Assembly (NCBI RefSeq): GCF_018350175.1
Contig: NC_058375.1
Span: forward strand, 434,001 to 498,000
Source of the DNA: Felis catus
Taxonomy: Eukaryota
Reading direction: 5' to 3'
DNA: 64,000 nucleotides
Shown: one piece after another, positions 53,514-64,000 of the stretch
Layout of the letters: each line of letters opens with the position of its first letter
Position numbering within the stretch: the first letter of the stretch is position 1
Program-made: the position numbers and the translations under genes
Notes under the pieces: generated by a model
Database searches by the model: none
Seen by the model: the letters and a program-made list of their open reading frames with translations, nothing else
What the model was told of the DNA's origin: nothing

Positions 53514-56500
53514 TTAGCCTTCTTAAGAGTTCAGCTCCCAGTTACCCCTAGAGGGAGTCCTCCCTGGGGTCCTGTCCTCCAGCTGGATATCCCCTCCATG
53601 CAGTTCCTGGGCAAGCCACGCCCTGGAGGCCCTCTCCTGAATCTCCTGGAAGTGTGGAGGCGGGGGTGTCTGCTTCCAGAAGCTGGAGGGCTGCAGCTGC
53701 AGCTGTGGGGGTTAGCAGTGCTGCCTCCCGGCCAGGCTGAGGGCCACTTCTCCACCCTGTTCACCCAGCAACTTAAGGGGACGCCCAGCCCTGCCTGCTG
53801 GCAACAGCCCCTGCCCCAGCACCTTTCCTCCCCTGCCAACCGCCAGGGCTCCTGGCCTGGGCTCCCTCCTCAGAGACAAAGGCCAGGCAGGCAGAAACAT
53901 GCCCACAGCCTCTGATGTGCCCTGACAGGCCCCCAGGGAGGCACTCACACGCCTTTCCTTGGGCCCCTCCCGGCCACCTGTGGGGCTGGAGCTTGGCCTC
54001 TCCCCTGATTCCAGGCTGGGGAGGGGGACAGGGTGAGGTGGGACCCTTCCCCCACACGCAGATGCCATGCCAGGATAGAAGACTTACCATGGATGCCAGG
54101 CAACTTGGCTGACGCTGTGGGGAGTAGGAATCCCTCGGGTCCTGGGAAGGGGCAGAGCCCCCCGACAGAAGGAGGGACCCAGGCAAAGAGATTTTCCCAA
54201 GAGCCAAGTCCAGAAGGTAGAGAGCGGTGCTGCAGTAGAGGGCCTGAGTAAGGCCTCCAGGATCGGTCGCCTTGACTCTGGCGCCCTGGCCTGAGGATGC
54301 CTTACCATCCCCGATCCCTGTCCGAGGCCACCTGTCCAGAGCCCAGACAGAAGGAGGGAGAGCCAGCTCCTGCAGCCTCCCCTGTCCAGCTGCCAGCCGG
54401 AGGCAGTACAGCTTTGGGATGGCCACTCTCTCCCCGTCCCCACGCACACACTCCCAGGGATAAGGTGTCCTGAAGGCCCTGCCCCGTCCCCCACAGCAGA
54501 GCCTTGGCCCTTCCCCCACCTCCCTACAGAGAAGCCTTTCCGGTGCCAGATCCAAGAGGGCGGGTCTTTGGCAAGGAGCTGAGTGGCCCCATCTCACCCC
54601 CAAGCCATACGGACTTTACCGGCCGAGCCTCAGTCACTCTACAGATGTCACCTCCCCAAGAGAACCCTCAAGCCTCACCCCTGATTTGGAGAAGCTCGAC
54701 CCTGCTTTATTTTGTCCCTAGCACTTACCGCTCCACAAAAATAGGTGTTAACTTTATTTTAAATGTTTTCCTTCCTCTTCTAGAATGAAGTCTCCGTTTG
54801 GGCACATCACACAGGCTGACAGATTCAGCCAGTAAGGAAGCAACATGCTCCGGGTGGATGAGGACAGTTTACTGCCTGAGTAGTCCGCAAAAGCAAGAGA
54901 GCAAAAGCTTGACAGATGGCATGGGGTGGGGTGAGGGGGTGAACGGGCACCCCGTTGCTGAAGAGCTACCCTGCACCCTGGGAGGCCTGGTGGAAAACCA
55001 CATACCTCCTGAGACCCAGATGAGCCTAGAAACTGCCTTCCCAAAGGCAGGAGTCAGTGGGAGCCAGCGGCGAGGCTGGTCCTCCCGGCTTCTGCCACCG
55101 TCCGGTCCGTCCGGAGTACTGCAGCTCATTCAGCTGTGAACTCGTGCAGGCTCGTCAGGGCCCCACACAGAGCCGTCCCTACAGAGCAGAGGCCCACATT
55201 GGCCTTTACCATCGCGTCAGCAGAGCCTAGGGCAGTCCTGGTACACTGAGGGAGCTCAGCCAGTGTTGAGTTTTTACTGCGTGAGCGAATGACTGCAAGA
55301 GGGACCCGAGCAAAGGACGGAGCTTAAGAGATTAGGCAGGTACCCTCTCCACCCGAACTCTGCATCTGAACATTATCACTTGCAACATTTTTTACCCTAA
55401 ATTCATTATCTGAATAAAAAAACAGCTACTGTAAGGTTTTGGTCTGTGTGTGCCAGCGAAAACAACGAAATCGCATGCGTGTTGGGCAACAGGGCTTGGC
55501 ACGCGCTGCAGGGAACCTCAAGCAGCCTTCTCACAGGGACATGTCTCAGGCTTGCATTCCTTAAACCTGCGGTGCCCAATCGCTGCCGTCTTCCCCTGTC
55601 CGCATGTGTCCGAAGGGAGTGTATGCGCTGGAAAATGTGAGAAGAAACGTTGGACGTGATGAAGCCAACGGTGGGAGAAGGTGTGAAAGGGAAATGTTCG
55701 CGTCTGATGCTGCACACCTTGTTCATTGGGCTCACAGGTAACCTACTCGTTAGTTAGACATCAGCTAGTTACATAAGTGGGGTTTAATATGCTGAATGCT
55801 CTGCTAGGAGTTAAGAGCATTTCAGTAATACTTGGGGAAATTAGTTGGGGTTTACGGAGGAGCTGGGAATACTTCCCCCCAATCGAAATAACAGAATATG
55901 TGCTCCCACTGTTTTCAGGATGGATGAGACTCCAACGCAAAGGATGCTGTTATTGAGCACCTACTGTGTTCTGAGTCCTACACCAAGCGCCTTTTTACAT
56001 GCATTGCCCACATGCCTCCTCCACAGCCCTGTGGTGTGGGCACTCAGTGTTTTCCCTGTTTTCCTGAGGCTGAGAGAGGCCAACCTCATTTGGCAATGAG
56101 GACAACCAGCAGGGACTAAGGCTGGGAAGCAGTGTGGGTGGCCACCTGTACACAGCAGTAACTGATGGGGCAGTTGTCAGAGTCAAGACCTATGAACTGA
56201 AATCTGGGGGGGGGGGGGGCGGGGAGAGCTCCAAGCAGGGAGAGGGCGGGACCAGGAGGGAGGAGGGCCCCAGTGCCAGGACAGCTGTGCAAGCCCTGCC
56301 CAGAACACACAGGAGCTGGCTGGGGACACTGACCAGAGCCGGAGCTGTAGTCGCCTGGTAGAGAGAGGCCCAGCCTGGCATTGGGGAAAACTGAGGCAGG
56401 GGTGTGGCCTTGGAGACTGATGGTCAGGGCCGGACCTGCCTGGACCGGGGTGCTGTCCTCCAGCTGGGTCCGCTATGGTTGCTGGTGTCTGGGTGGGAGT

Positions 56501-56591
56501 CTGACCTGGGGACTTAGGGCTGATGCTGGGGGCCTCAGTCCTGCCGTCTGACTACCTCCGTGAACACACCAGGCCTGTTGCCTGCGAGAGC

Positions 56592-58095
56592 ATGAGTGAA
56601 CAGGAGAAGGAAATGGAGGAGGACGAGGGAGGCAGCACTTCGGACACAGCCCCCATGCTGCCGGAAAGGGTTCCTGATGGCCAGGCCTCAGCCTTGATGT
56701 CCCCACGGTGGGTAGGCCTGGTGGTCCGAGGCCTTGGGGCCCTACTGCCGCCTGGCCAGGCCCTGGCTGGACTGCTGCTGCACCTGCTGCTGCCTGCAAC
56801 CGTGTTCCTGCTGGCCCTTCTGCCAGCAGCTGCCATCGTGTACCTGGGATTCCTGTGCCACTCGAGGGTGAGCTAAGCCCTCCGTGGGCAGGGTGGGGGC
56901 TGGCTGGGGCCCTTGGTAGCGGGGGGTCCTGCAGAAGTGCAGGGCCCTGGGGCTGTAGGTGAATATGCCCCTTTCCAGCATGGTCCCCTTGTCCCCAGAG
57001 ACATATGTGCCCTTCCCTGGAAAGCCCCTTCTTCTTCCAACCCCCCCCCCCCCCCACACACACAGAGACACACACAGCAAAAGAAGGGCTTTTGTTTGTC
57101 ATGGGAGGGGACAGTTCCCTCCCCTTCCCTGAGGCCTCCTAGCCTTGTACCAGGGGCCACCAGGGTCTGGACAGCTGGGCATGGTGGGAAGAGGAGGGGT
57201 TCCAGGAAGAGAAGATGAAGATATCATCAAAGTTCTCCAGGCCACCCACCGCCCCAGCCACTCACAGACCCCTCCTGCCCTGGGCTGGGTTTCCCCATGC
57301 GCAATGGGCTAAGGCTTGGTCTAAGGAAGGGGGATGTAGGCAGATGGGTTCGGTGTCCTCCTTCGGTAGGCATAAAGCAGGGGCGGAAGACTGAGCACGG
57401 GGCCACAGAAGAGAGGGTGGTACCAGCTGGTGAGAGGCACGGGTAGGGGCTCGAGGTCAGATGCCAACATAGGGAAGAGCCATGGCAGAGCAGAGAAGGG
57501 AGGAAAGTGGGGATGGGACAACCGGGGAGCAAGTCTCTGAGCCTCCCCTCAAGAGACTCCTATTTGAGCCCTTACCGCTTGGGCCCTGGATCTCCCATTC
57601 TCGACTCAAAAATGCCTGGCCACAGCCTGCCCCAGTCACCCTACTCCGCCAGACCTCAGGCCAGGCTCCCGGGCCCCACCCCTCTGGTTCGCACTGACCA
57701 CCACAGGCCCCCGGCCGGTCCACCTACTCCCGCCCCAGGTCGTTTATCGGGCCCCGCCCCCAAGGACGGCGCGCCCCGCCCCGTCCACCTGTACCCAGGC
57801 CCCGCCCCCGCTTGACTGGTCGCCCCGCCCCCAGGTTCACCCGGCGCCCCGCCCCGCGTGCCGCGCACTGCTCTCCGACAGAGGCGCCGCGGCGCTCATC
57901 GTTCTCGGATTCCTTTCGCTGCCTCCGCTGCTCGTGCTTGCCTCGGCCGCCCGCACCCGCCTGGCCCGGCGTCTCCGCCCGCTGCTACCGCCCCCAACTT
58001 GGACCCCTGGATCCCGCCGCCACCCGGGGTCCAGCGACCGTGGGCGGGCGGGACGCCACACCGACGGGGAAGAGCAGTTCTGTGCCTGGGTGTGA
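56592..58095 (+). CDS. TMEM88B: Transmembrane protein 88B, 178 aa
   Basis: Exon 56592-56867 (MSEQEKEMEEDEGGSTSDTAPMLP..LLLHLLLPATVFLLALLPAAAIVYLGFLCHSR|gtgag) and exon 57835-58095 (cag|VHPAPRPACRALLSDRGAAALIVLGFLSLPPLLVLA..EEQFCAWV*). Two hydrophobic segments. Confidence 0.93.
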
Positions 58096-58689
58096 CCCCC
58101 CCCGCCCAGAGGCCTCTCCAAAGGACACGACCTCCGAATCCCGCGAGGCACCCGAACTCCTCCCCCCGTGACCCTCATAAGGCGGCCCCAGGCCGGCAAG
58201 CTCGGGGTCTGCGTCCAGGTTCCATCCTCGGAAATCGCGGGCATACCACGGGGCTTCGTGCGCAGTGCTTCGAGTGGCCGCGAGATGGCACCTGACTCCC
58301 CGGAACCCAGGCCCGCCCTTCCCCAAGGTGTCCCCACCCCCGCAGTCCCCTCGGACGCGGAGAGGCTGGGAAGCCTGGAGAGAGGAGGGAGATGCCTCCC
58401 AGAGAAGGGGCGCGTGGCCAGGCTCAGAGAAAGGTGGCCTTCCTGGCTTTTGTCACTGGCTGCCCTGGGCTCCTGCTCCCTCCCAAAGGGCAGCCCTTAG
58501 GGCCCCATGTCTGGTCGGTCAGCGGGCCTCCAGAGGGTTCCAGAAGTGGTGAGACTTGCCTGGGAGGCTTCCACAACCGGCCCAAGAACACGGTTCCAGA
58601 AGCTTAGCGATGGCCAGCAGCCCCAAGGCTTGCAGGGCTCAGCCTGAGATGGCGGTCAGGGTTAGCGTTTAGATAGGTGGCAGATTAAG

Positions 58690-60460
58690 AAAGCTGTCTG
58701 TTCTTTCTGGATAATTTTAAGGTCTTTGTCTTTTGCAATCTTTGGCATTAGCATGTTTCTAGTCGTGGATATGTTCTTACTTGTCCATTCGGTATACACT
58801 GTGTTTCCTGTTCCTACAGATTCATATCTTTCATCAGTTCTGGAGACTTCTCAACCGTTTTCTAGGTCTCCAAGTCTGCCTCCTGGTTCATTGTACCTAG
58901 TCTTTCTAGGGACACCTTTCTGGCTTCACCTTTTCCCTTCTCCTTCCATGTCAGTTCTTCTCTTTCTGTTTCCACCTCCTGTCTCTGCTGCGTTCTGGGT
59001 GATTTCTTCATCTTTCAGCTCACTAATTCACTGGTTGTGTCCCATCAACCCATCCATTCAATTTTAAGCTATTTTATTATCATATCTAAAAGTCATACTT
59101 GCTTTTTTTATTCAAATCTCATCATTTTTTATGGTATCTTCATGCATGTTCAATTTTTGGATTCCAGCTTTGCTTCAATTTCTTGAACATTTCACATACA
59201 GTTTTTAAATATTCTGTACCTAACAATTCCAATTTCTTACTTTTTGGGGGTCCAAATCTGTTATTTGTTGTTTCTGCTGATTCTCATATTGTTTCTTTGA
59301 ATGGATCCTCATTTTTTAACTGTCAGCTCATACCTGTAAAAATTCTTTTTTTTTTTTTTAATGTTTGTTTGTTTTTGAGAAAGAACAGAGCTCAAGCAGG
59401 GGAGGGACAGAGGAAGGGGAGACACAAAATATGAAGCAGGCTCCAGGCTCTGAGCTGTCAGCACAGAGCCCCATGCAGGGCTTGAACTCACAAGCTGTGA
59501 GATCATAACCTGAGCTGAAATCAAGAGTTGGATGCTTACTCAGCTGAGCAACCCAGGCGTCCCAGACTCTTTGTGTTTTTTTTTTTAATGTTTATTTATT
59601 TATTTACTTTAAGTTGTGCCCTTTTTTTTTTTTTTTAAGGTTTATTTATTTACTTTGAGAGAGGCAAAGAGAGAGGGAGAGAGAGAAGGGGAGAATCCCA
59701 AGCAGGCGCCACACTGCCAGCACAGAGCCCAATGCAGGACTTAAACTCATGAATCATGAGATCATGACCTGAGCCGAAATCTAGAGTCAGATGCTCAACG
59801 GACTGAGCCACCCAGGCACCCTGTTTATTTATTTTTGGGAAAGGGAGAGGTAGTGGGGGAGGGGCAGAGAGAGAGAGGGAGACAGAATCTGAAGCAGACT
59901 CCATTCTATCAGCGCAAAGCCGGGCAGAGGGCTCAAACCCTCCAACCGTGAGATCAAGACCAGAGCAGGAAGTGGATGCTCAACCGACAGCCTCCCCCCC
60001 CCACCCCACCCCGGGCGCACCAATGCCTGTGAAAATTCTGAGGACACACCCCTCCAGAGGAGATTCCTTTTGGGAGGCATGCCCCCTCTGGGCCCCGCGA
60101 GGGTCCTGTGCAGGCTCCCGTAATGGCCAGTGCAGCTCTCCTTTCCTGTGTCCAGGGACGTCCCGCTTTCCCATCTGTTTCCTTTCATCATCCTGGGTTT
60201 CTGCTCGTTACTCTTCTGTTTATTTCTTTCTTTCTTTTTAGTGTTTTTAATCTGAGGGGAGCCTTGAAGATAGATACTTCCTCGTAAGCCCAGCAGTGTA
60301 TTAAAAATGTTTCTTGGGCACCTGGCTGGCTCATTTGATAGAGCACGTGAGTCTTGATTTCGGGGTTGTGAGTTCAAGCCCCATGTTGGGCATAGATATT
60401 ACTTAAAAAAAAGCCGTGTTTCTTGTAATTTGTCCAGATTCTAGGGGTAGCTGAAAGGCC
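58690..60460 (-). mobile_element. Old L1 (L1ME-type) remnant interrupted by SINEs
   Basis: T-rich degenerate block (TCTCTGCTGCGTTCTGGGTGATTTCTTCATCT, TTGTTTCTGCTGATTCTCA) typical of antisense old L1. Confidence 0.5.
59346..60411. mobile_element. CAN-SINEs: 59346-59563 (-), 59622-59821 (-), 59824-60021 (-), 60316-60411 (+, short)
   Basis: SINE cores AGATCATGACCTGAGCCGAA and GAAGCAGGCTCCAGGCTCTGAGCTGTCAGCACAGAGCCC. Confidence 0.87.
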
Positions 60461-62707
60461 TTTGAAAGGATCTAGCACACCGTGTTGCCAGCAGGGCTCT
60501 GTGTGTGACCAGCAGGGGCAGAACTCAGATGTACCCAAAGGTCAGGGTTCAGGCTACAGGCTCAGGGCTCATTCCATGGCCTTGAGCAGAGCCCGGTGTG
60601 TGGCTGGCTCAGATCCCGCAGGAGTTCTTGGGGTTTTCCAATTGTTTGCACCCAGTCAGACAGGAGCCTGGCTGGCCGCCCAGCGCCCAAGGATAGCTTC
60701 CCCTGGTGTAAGTCCGCCTTCCTTCCCCTCCTGCCCAGGGTTGGGCAGGCTCTGGCCAGGCTATGAAGACGAGGACTCTCCTGAGGATCCGCCTGGCCCC
60801 AGAGTCATCAAAACAACAGCTGGGCCTGTTTGGGGGGGCGGGGAGGGAGGCCTTGATGGAGAGCTCAGCTGCCCAAGCCCGAAGGGTTCCTAAGGTGTGT
60901 CCCAGCTTCCCAGGCCTACTCCCAAGGTCCTGCATGGCCTCTAGCTGGCCCCAGGGATGACCAGCCTCAGCCCCAGCTCTACCCCACCCACTCGCAAAAG
61001 GAGCCCCTGTGAGGGGATGTAGGAGGTTAACAGAAGGGGCCTTGTGATCTGTTTTTTAGAGGACCAGTCTGGAAAGGCAAGGGCAGAGGCGCTGAGTTAC
61101 TTGTGGGCCAGGCAGAGACCTCTACTTTGGGCAACACTCTTTTCCCAGGTGCCCAGGCCCCTGCCCTGTAAGAGTGTGCCTGGCTACAGGGGGCGGGGGG
61201 GAGTTTCCACAGTGCACGTGTCTGTGTGCCAGTGTGTGTGCACGCGTCGCGTGTTTGTGTACAGGTGTGTGCATCCCTCTGTCTGCTTCCCCTATTACCC
61301 CAGGCAGGCACATTGTCCCATCCCCACAGGTGGTGAGATCGGCCTCTGTAAGGTTCCCGGACCTGCCCAAGATCATATATTCAGTCACAAAGTATTTCTT
61401 CCTGGGAGCTCAGGTGTCTGCAGGCACCCCTTCAGACACTGGTGGCAGCTAGGAGGGGTCCAGGGGGAGTTGGCGGGTTCAGTCCCCCCAGCCACACAAC
61501 CGGTGTAAGCCCTGCCCCCATCCCCCATCCCCCATCCCCCATCCCGGGATGTGGGGTAAGCAAACGGTGTTGGGGTGGGTGAGCTGGGTGGCAACAGATA
61601 GTGCCTGGTGCTGGCTCTGAGAGCTAAGCTCCCTCACTCTGTCCCCTGGGTCCTACCCTGACCACTGGGGAGCCCCCACCGAGGTGTTGACCCTGGTCCA
61701 TCCCTCCCTACTCTCTGCTCACGAATCCAAACTGGCCTGGACTCTGCCTGTGGCTGGGGCTGGTTGTGGTGGTCACCTCCCTGATACAGACATTTCCAGC
61801 AGGGGGAACCAAAGCTGGAGTCCCACCTCAGAAAGGGCACACCCTGCGGCTCTCTGCACAGGCTAAAAACTTGGGAGTCTGGATGCCTGCCTGCCTCTCT
61901 GCCTCCCACCCCTTGTCCTTTAGGCTCTACCCGAGACGGCAGCCACCAAGGCATCCCCTTAGATGCCTCGTATCAGTCCCCTGGCATCAACCTTGCCCCT
62001 GCACGTGCCATGGGCCCTTTCCTCCCCCATGCAAGCCCTACAACCTGCCCCACCCTTTCTGCCCCCCAGGCCCCCTCACTGCCCTGACACACGCCAGTCA
62101 GCTTCTGCCCCAGGGTCTTGGCACTCCCTGTAGCTCCTGTCCATGTGGTCTGACACGGCCCTACCCTGATAGGGAAAATAAGCAGTCCTGCATCTTGGGC
62201 CAGCATGCCACTGCCTGTCCCCCTTCCAGCCTGGCAGCCCTGGGAGGACAGGATGCCTGCATGTCCCCAGTACTGACTCTGGCATGTGGCTGCCCCAGCT
62301 CACACCTGCTGGGTGAACTCAGAGAGGGTGGTACCCACCCCATGCCCAGGCTGCACGCCCCATGGTTGCCAGCAGGGGGACTGGGTAGGGTTCAGCCCTG
62401 GGGCCACAGAGAGCAGGCCTGGGCTCCTAGGGATTGCGACAACAGGACCTCCAGACCCTCAGGACTGATCCTTTAGTCTCGGCATGTCCCTGACCACAAA
62501 CAGGCAGGTTAAGTCGAGAAGAATGTGTGGGTGGGGCAGCTGAACTTCTGGGCTCTTGCTCCCCCTCCCTCTACCCCACTTACTGTTGAAGACGGGGTCT
62601 GGGGGCCTCAGGCTTGCCCCACGCCCCCATTCCAGGACCACAGCAGCCCCTGTTCCCGTTTCTGGTGGGCACATGCATGGGTGCATATGTGAGATACAAA
62701 CCCATAA

Positions 62708-62751
62708 GCAGCAGCAGCACGTAGTACCCCCACCACCACCACCACCACCAC
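62708..62751. repeat. Short (GCA)n and (CCA)n trinucleotide tracts
   Basis: GCAGCAGCAGCA followed by about seven CCA units. Confidence 0.85.
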
Positions 62752-64000
62752 TGGGTGAGGGTGGGGGACCCACACTGCTCAGCTTCTGAGGCCCAGAGTG
62801 CCCTGGGGCTGGGGTCAGAGGCCTGGGGAGCTGCCCTTTTCCCTAGGGTCAACATGACCACAGTGAGCTAGGGACAAAAGGCCCTTCTTCTCTGCAGAGG
62901 CCTGGACTGTGCGGAGGAGGGAGTGTTCCGTGGACCCGGTGGGGGCAGGGGCAGTGCCTTCAGGCAGCAGTGTGCTTGCGTTTCAGGGAACCCCCTCCAC
63001 CTGCTTGTGGACCAGCAGGCCTGGTGGGCCAGCTCCGGGAAGTGATGCCCTGGGGATTTCAGACTGAGCCAAGGCTGCAGGGGCAGGGCTGCCTCAGCCA
63101 CACAGGCTGCTCCTTCCCCCTGGCCCCTCGAAGTCCAGGACCAAGCAGGGGCTGGGCTTGGGGGAGGGAGCCGACGGGGCGGGGGCAGGGCCTGCTGTGT
63201 CCTGGCGGCCTCTGTCCTTTTCAACTCCGCTGGCCTCCCAGCCTGTCTTTCTTCAGAGAGGAGGTTTCCGGACAATTATATTTGTGCTTCCTCTGGCGTC
63301 TGCCTCGAGCTCAGCCCTGACCCTGACTGTTACACTCCTGGCTGACCCCCACAACTCCCTGGGGGTCCTCCATCTGTCTGTGTCCCCCCCTTGGGAGTGC
63401 AGGACGCTGGAATGAGATGCATCACTGCCATGATGCAGGCAGCAGGGGCCCTGTGGACAGTAGAGCCTCAGGGCAGAGCGGGGCCCAAGGGAGTAGAGCC
63501 GATCGGGTGGTGGGATGTGGGGGCATCTCCCAGGGGTCAGGTGTGAGCCCCGCATGAGCAGCAGGAGTGACTGTGGGCAGAGCTGAGGAGGAACTTGGCC
63601 AGGGCTGCTGGTCGAGCTCAGCCAAAGCTGGGCAGAGGCCCTGGCAGAGCAGTCCTAACACGGGGCCTCCTGTCTTTCTCCCTCTGATGGAGAGGCTGGA
63701 GGGAGGAGGGCGGCTGCTTCCTCGAGGGCCTGAGTCATGGCCAAGAAGACCCGCTCAGTTTTTCCAGAAGGGACGGAAACTTCCCTGTCAGCCCAGCAGC
63801 ACAGGCCGAAGCGTGACTGGGGCCCGCCTGCCATGCAGGACTTGGAGGACAAGGCGGGGAACTGCCCTGCCACAGAGCAGCCCATGGCCCAGCTCCCTGC
63901 CCCGGGCAGGTGGGTGCCCAGTGAGAGGGAGAATGAACCAAGGAGCGTTTGTACATGTTAACCTGGCACCTCAACCCCAGCACCCCCCGGGGTCAGCTCT

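Noticed and set aside
60460-64000. Expected neighbouring gene VWA1
   Set aside because: No VWA or fibronectin type III coding sequence is recognisable; by synteny it should lie beyond the right end of the window.

Overview
This is eukaryotic, GC-rich mammalian genomic DNA. The dense tRNA-derived carnivore SINEs (GGGGCGCCTGGGTGGCTCAGTCGG head, (CT)n, A-tail) point to a felid, and two short N gaps suggest a draft assembly. The window is the orthologue of the distal human 1p36.33 block. On the minus strand lie DVL1 (exon 1 only), MXRA8 (10 coding exons, 444 aa), AURKAIP1 (199 aa), CCNL2 (about 525 aa, exon 5 hidden in an N gap), MRPL20 (149 aa) and ANKRD65 (398 aa). TMEM88B (178 aa) is on the plus strand. 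Exon boundaries were placed by hand from GT/AG sites, and the reading-frame phases close for every gene. Intergenic and intronic space holds about 27 CAN-SINEs, old L1/L2/MIR/MER5A/MLT1/ERV-LTR remnants and a 39-nt U6 5' fragment. I found no convincing wholly new biological system. The best leads are the CCNL2 poison-exon intron with both gaps on exons, a possible degraded ERV env in an unexplained CpG-rich block at about 15.7-17.7 kb, a PDZ-binding tail on TMEM88B linked to DVL1, an in-frame MRPL20-CCNL2 read-through option, and an apparent ANKRD65 C-terminal frameshift. Gene identities and repeat family names come from recognition of the sequence, not from database searches.
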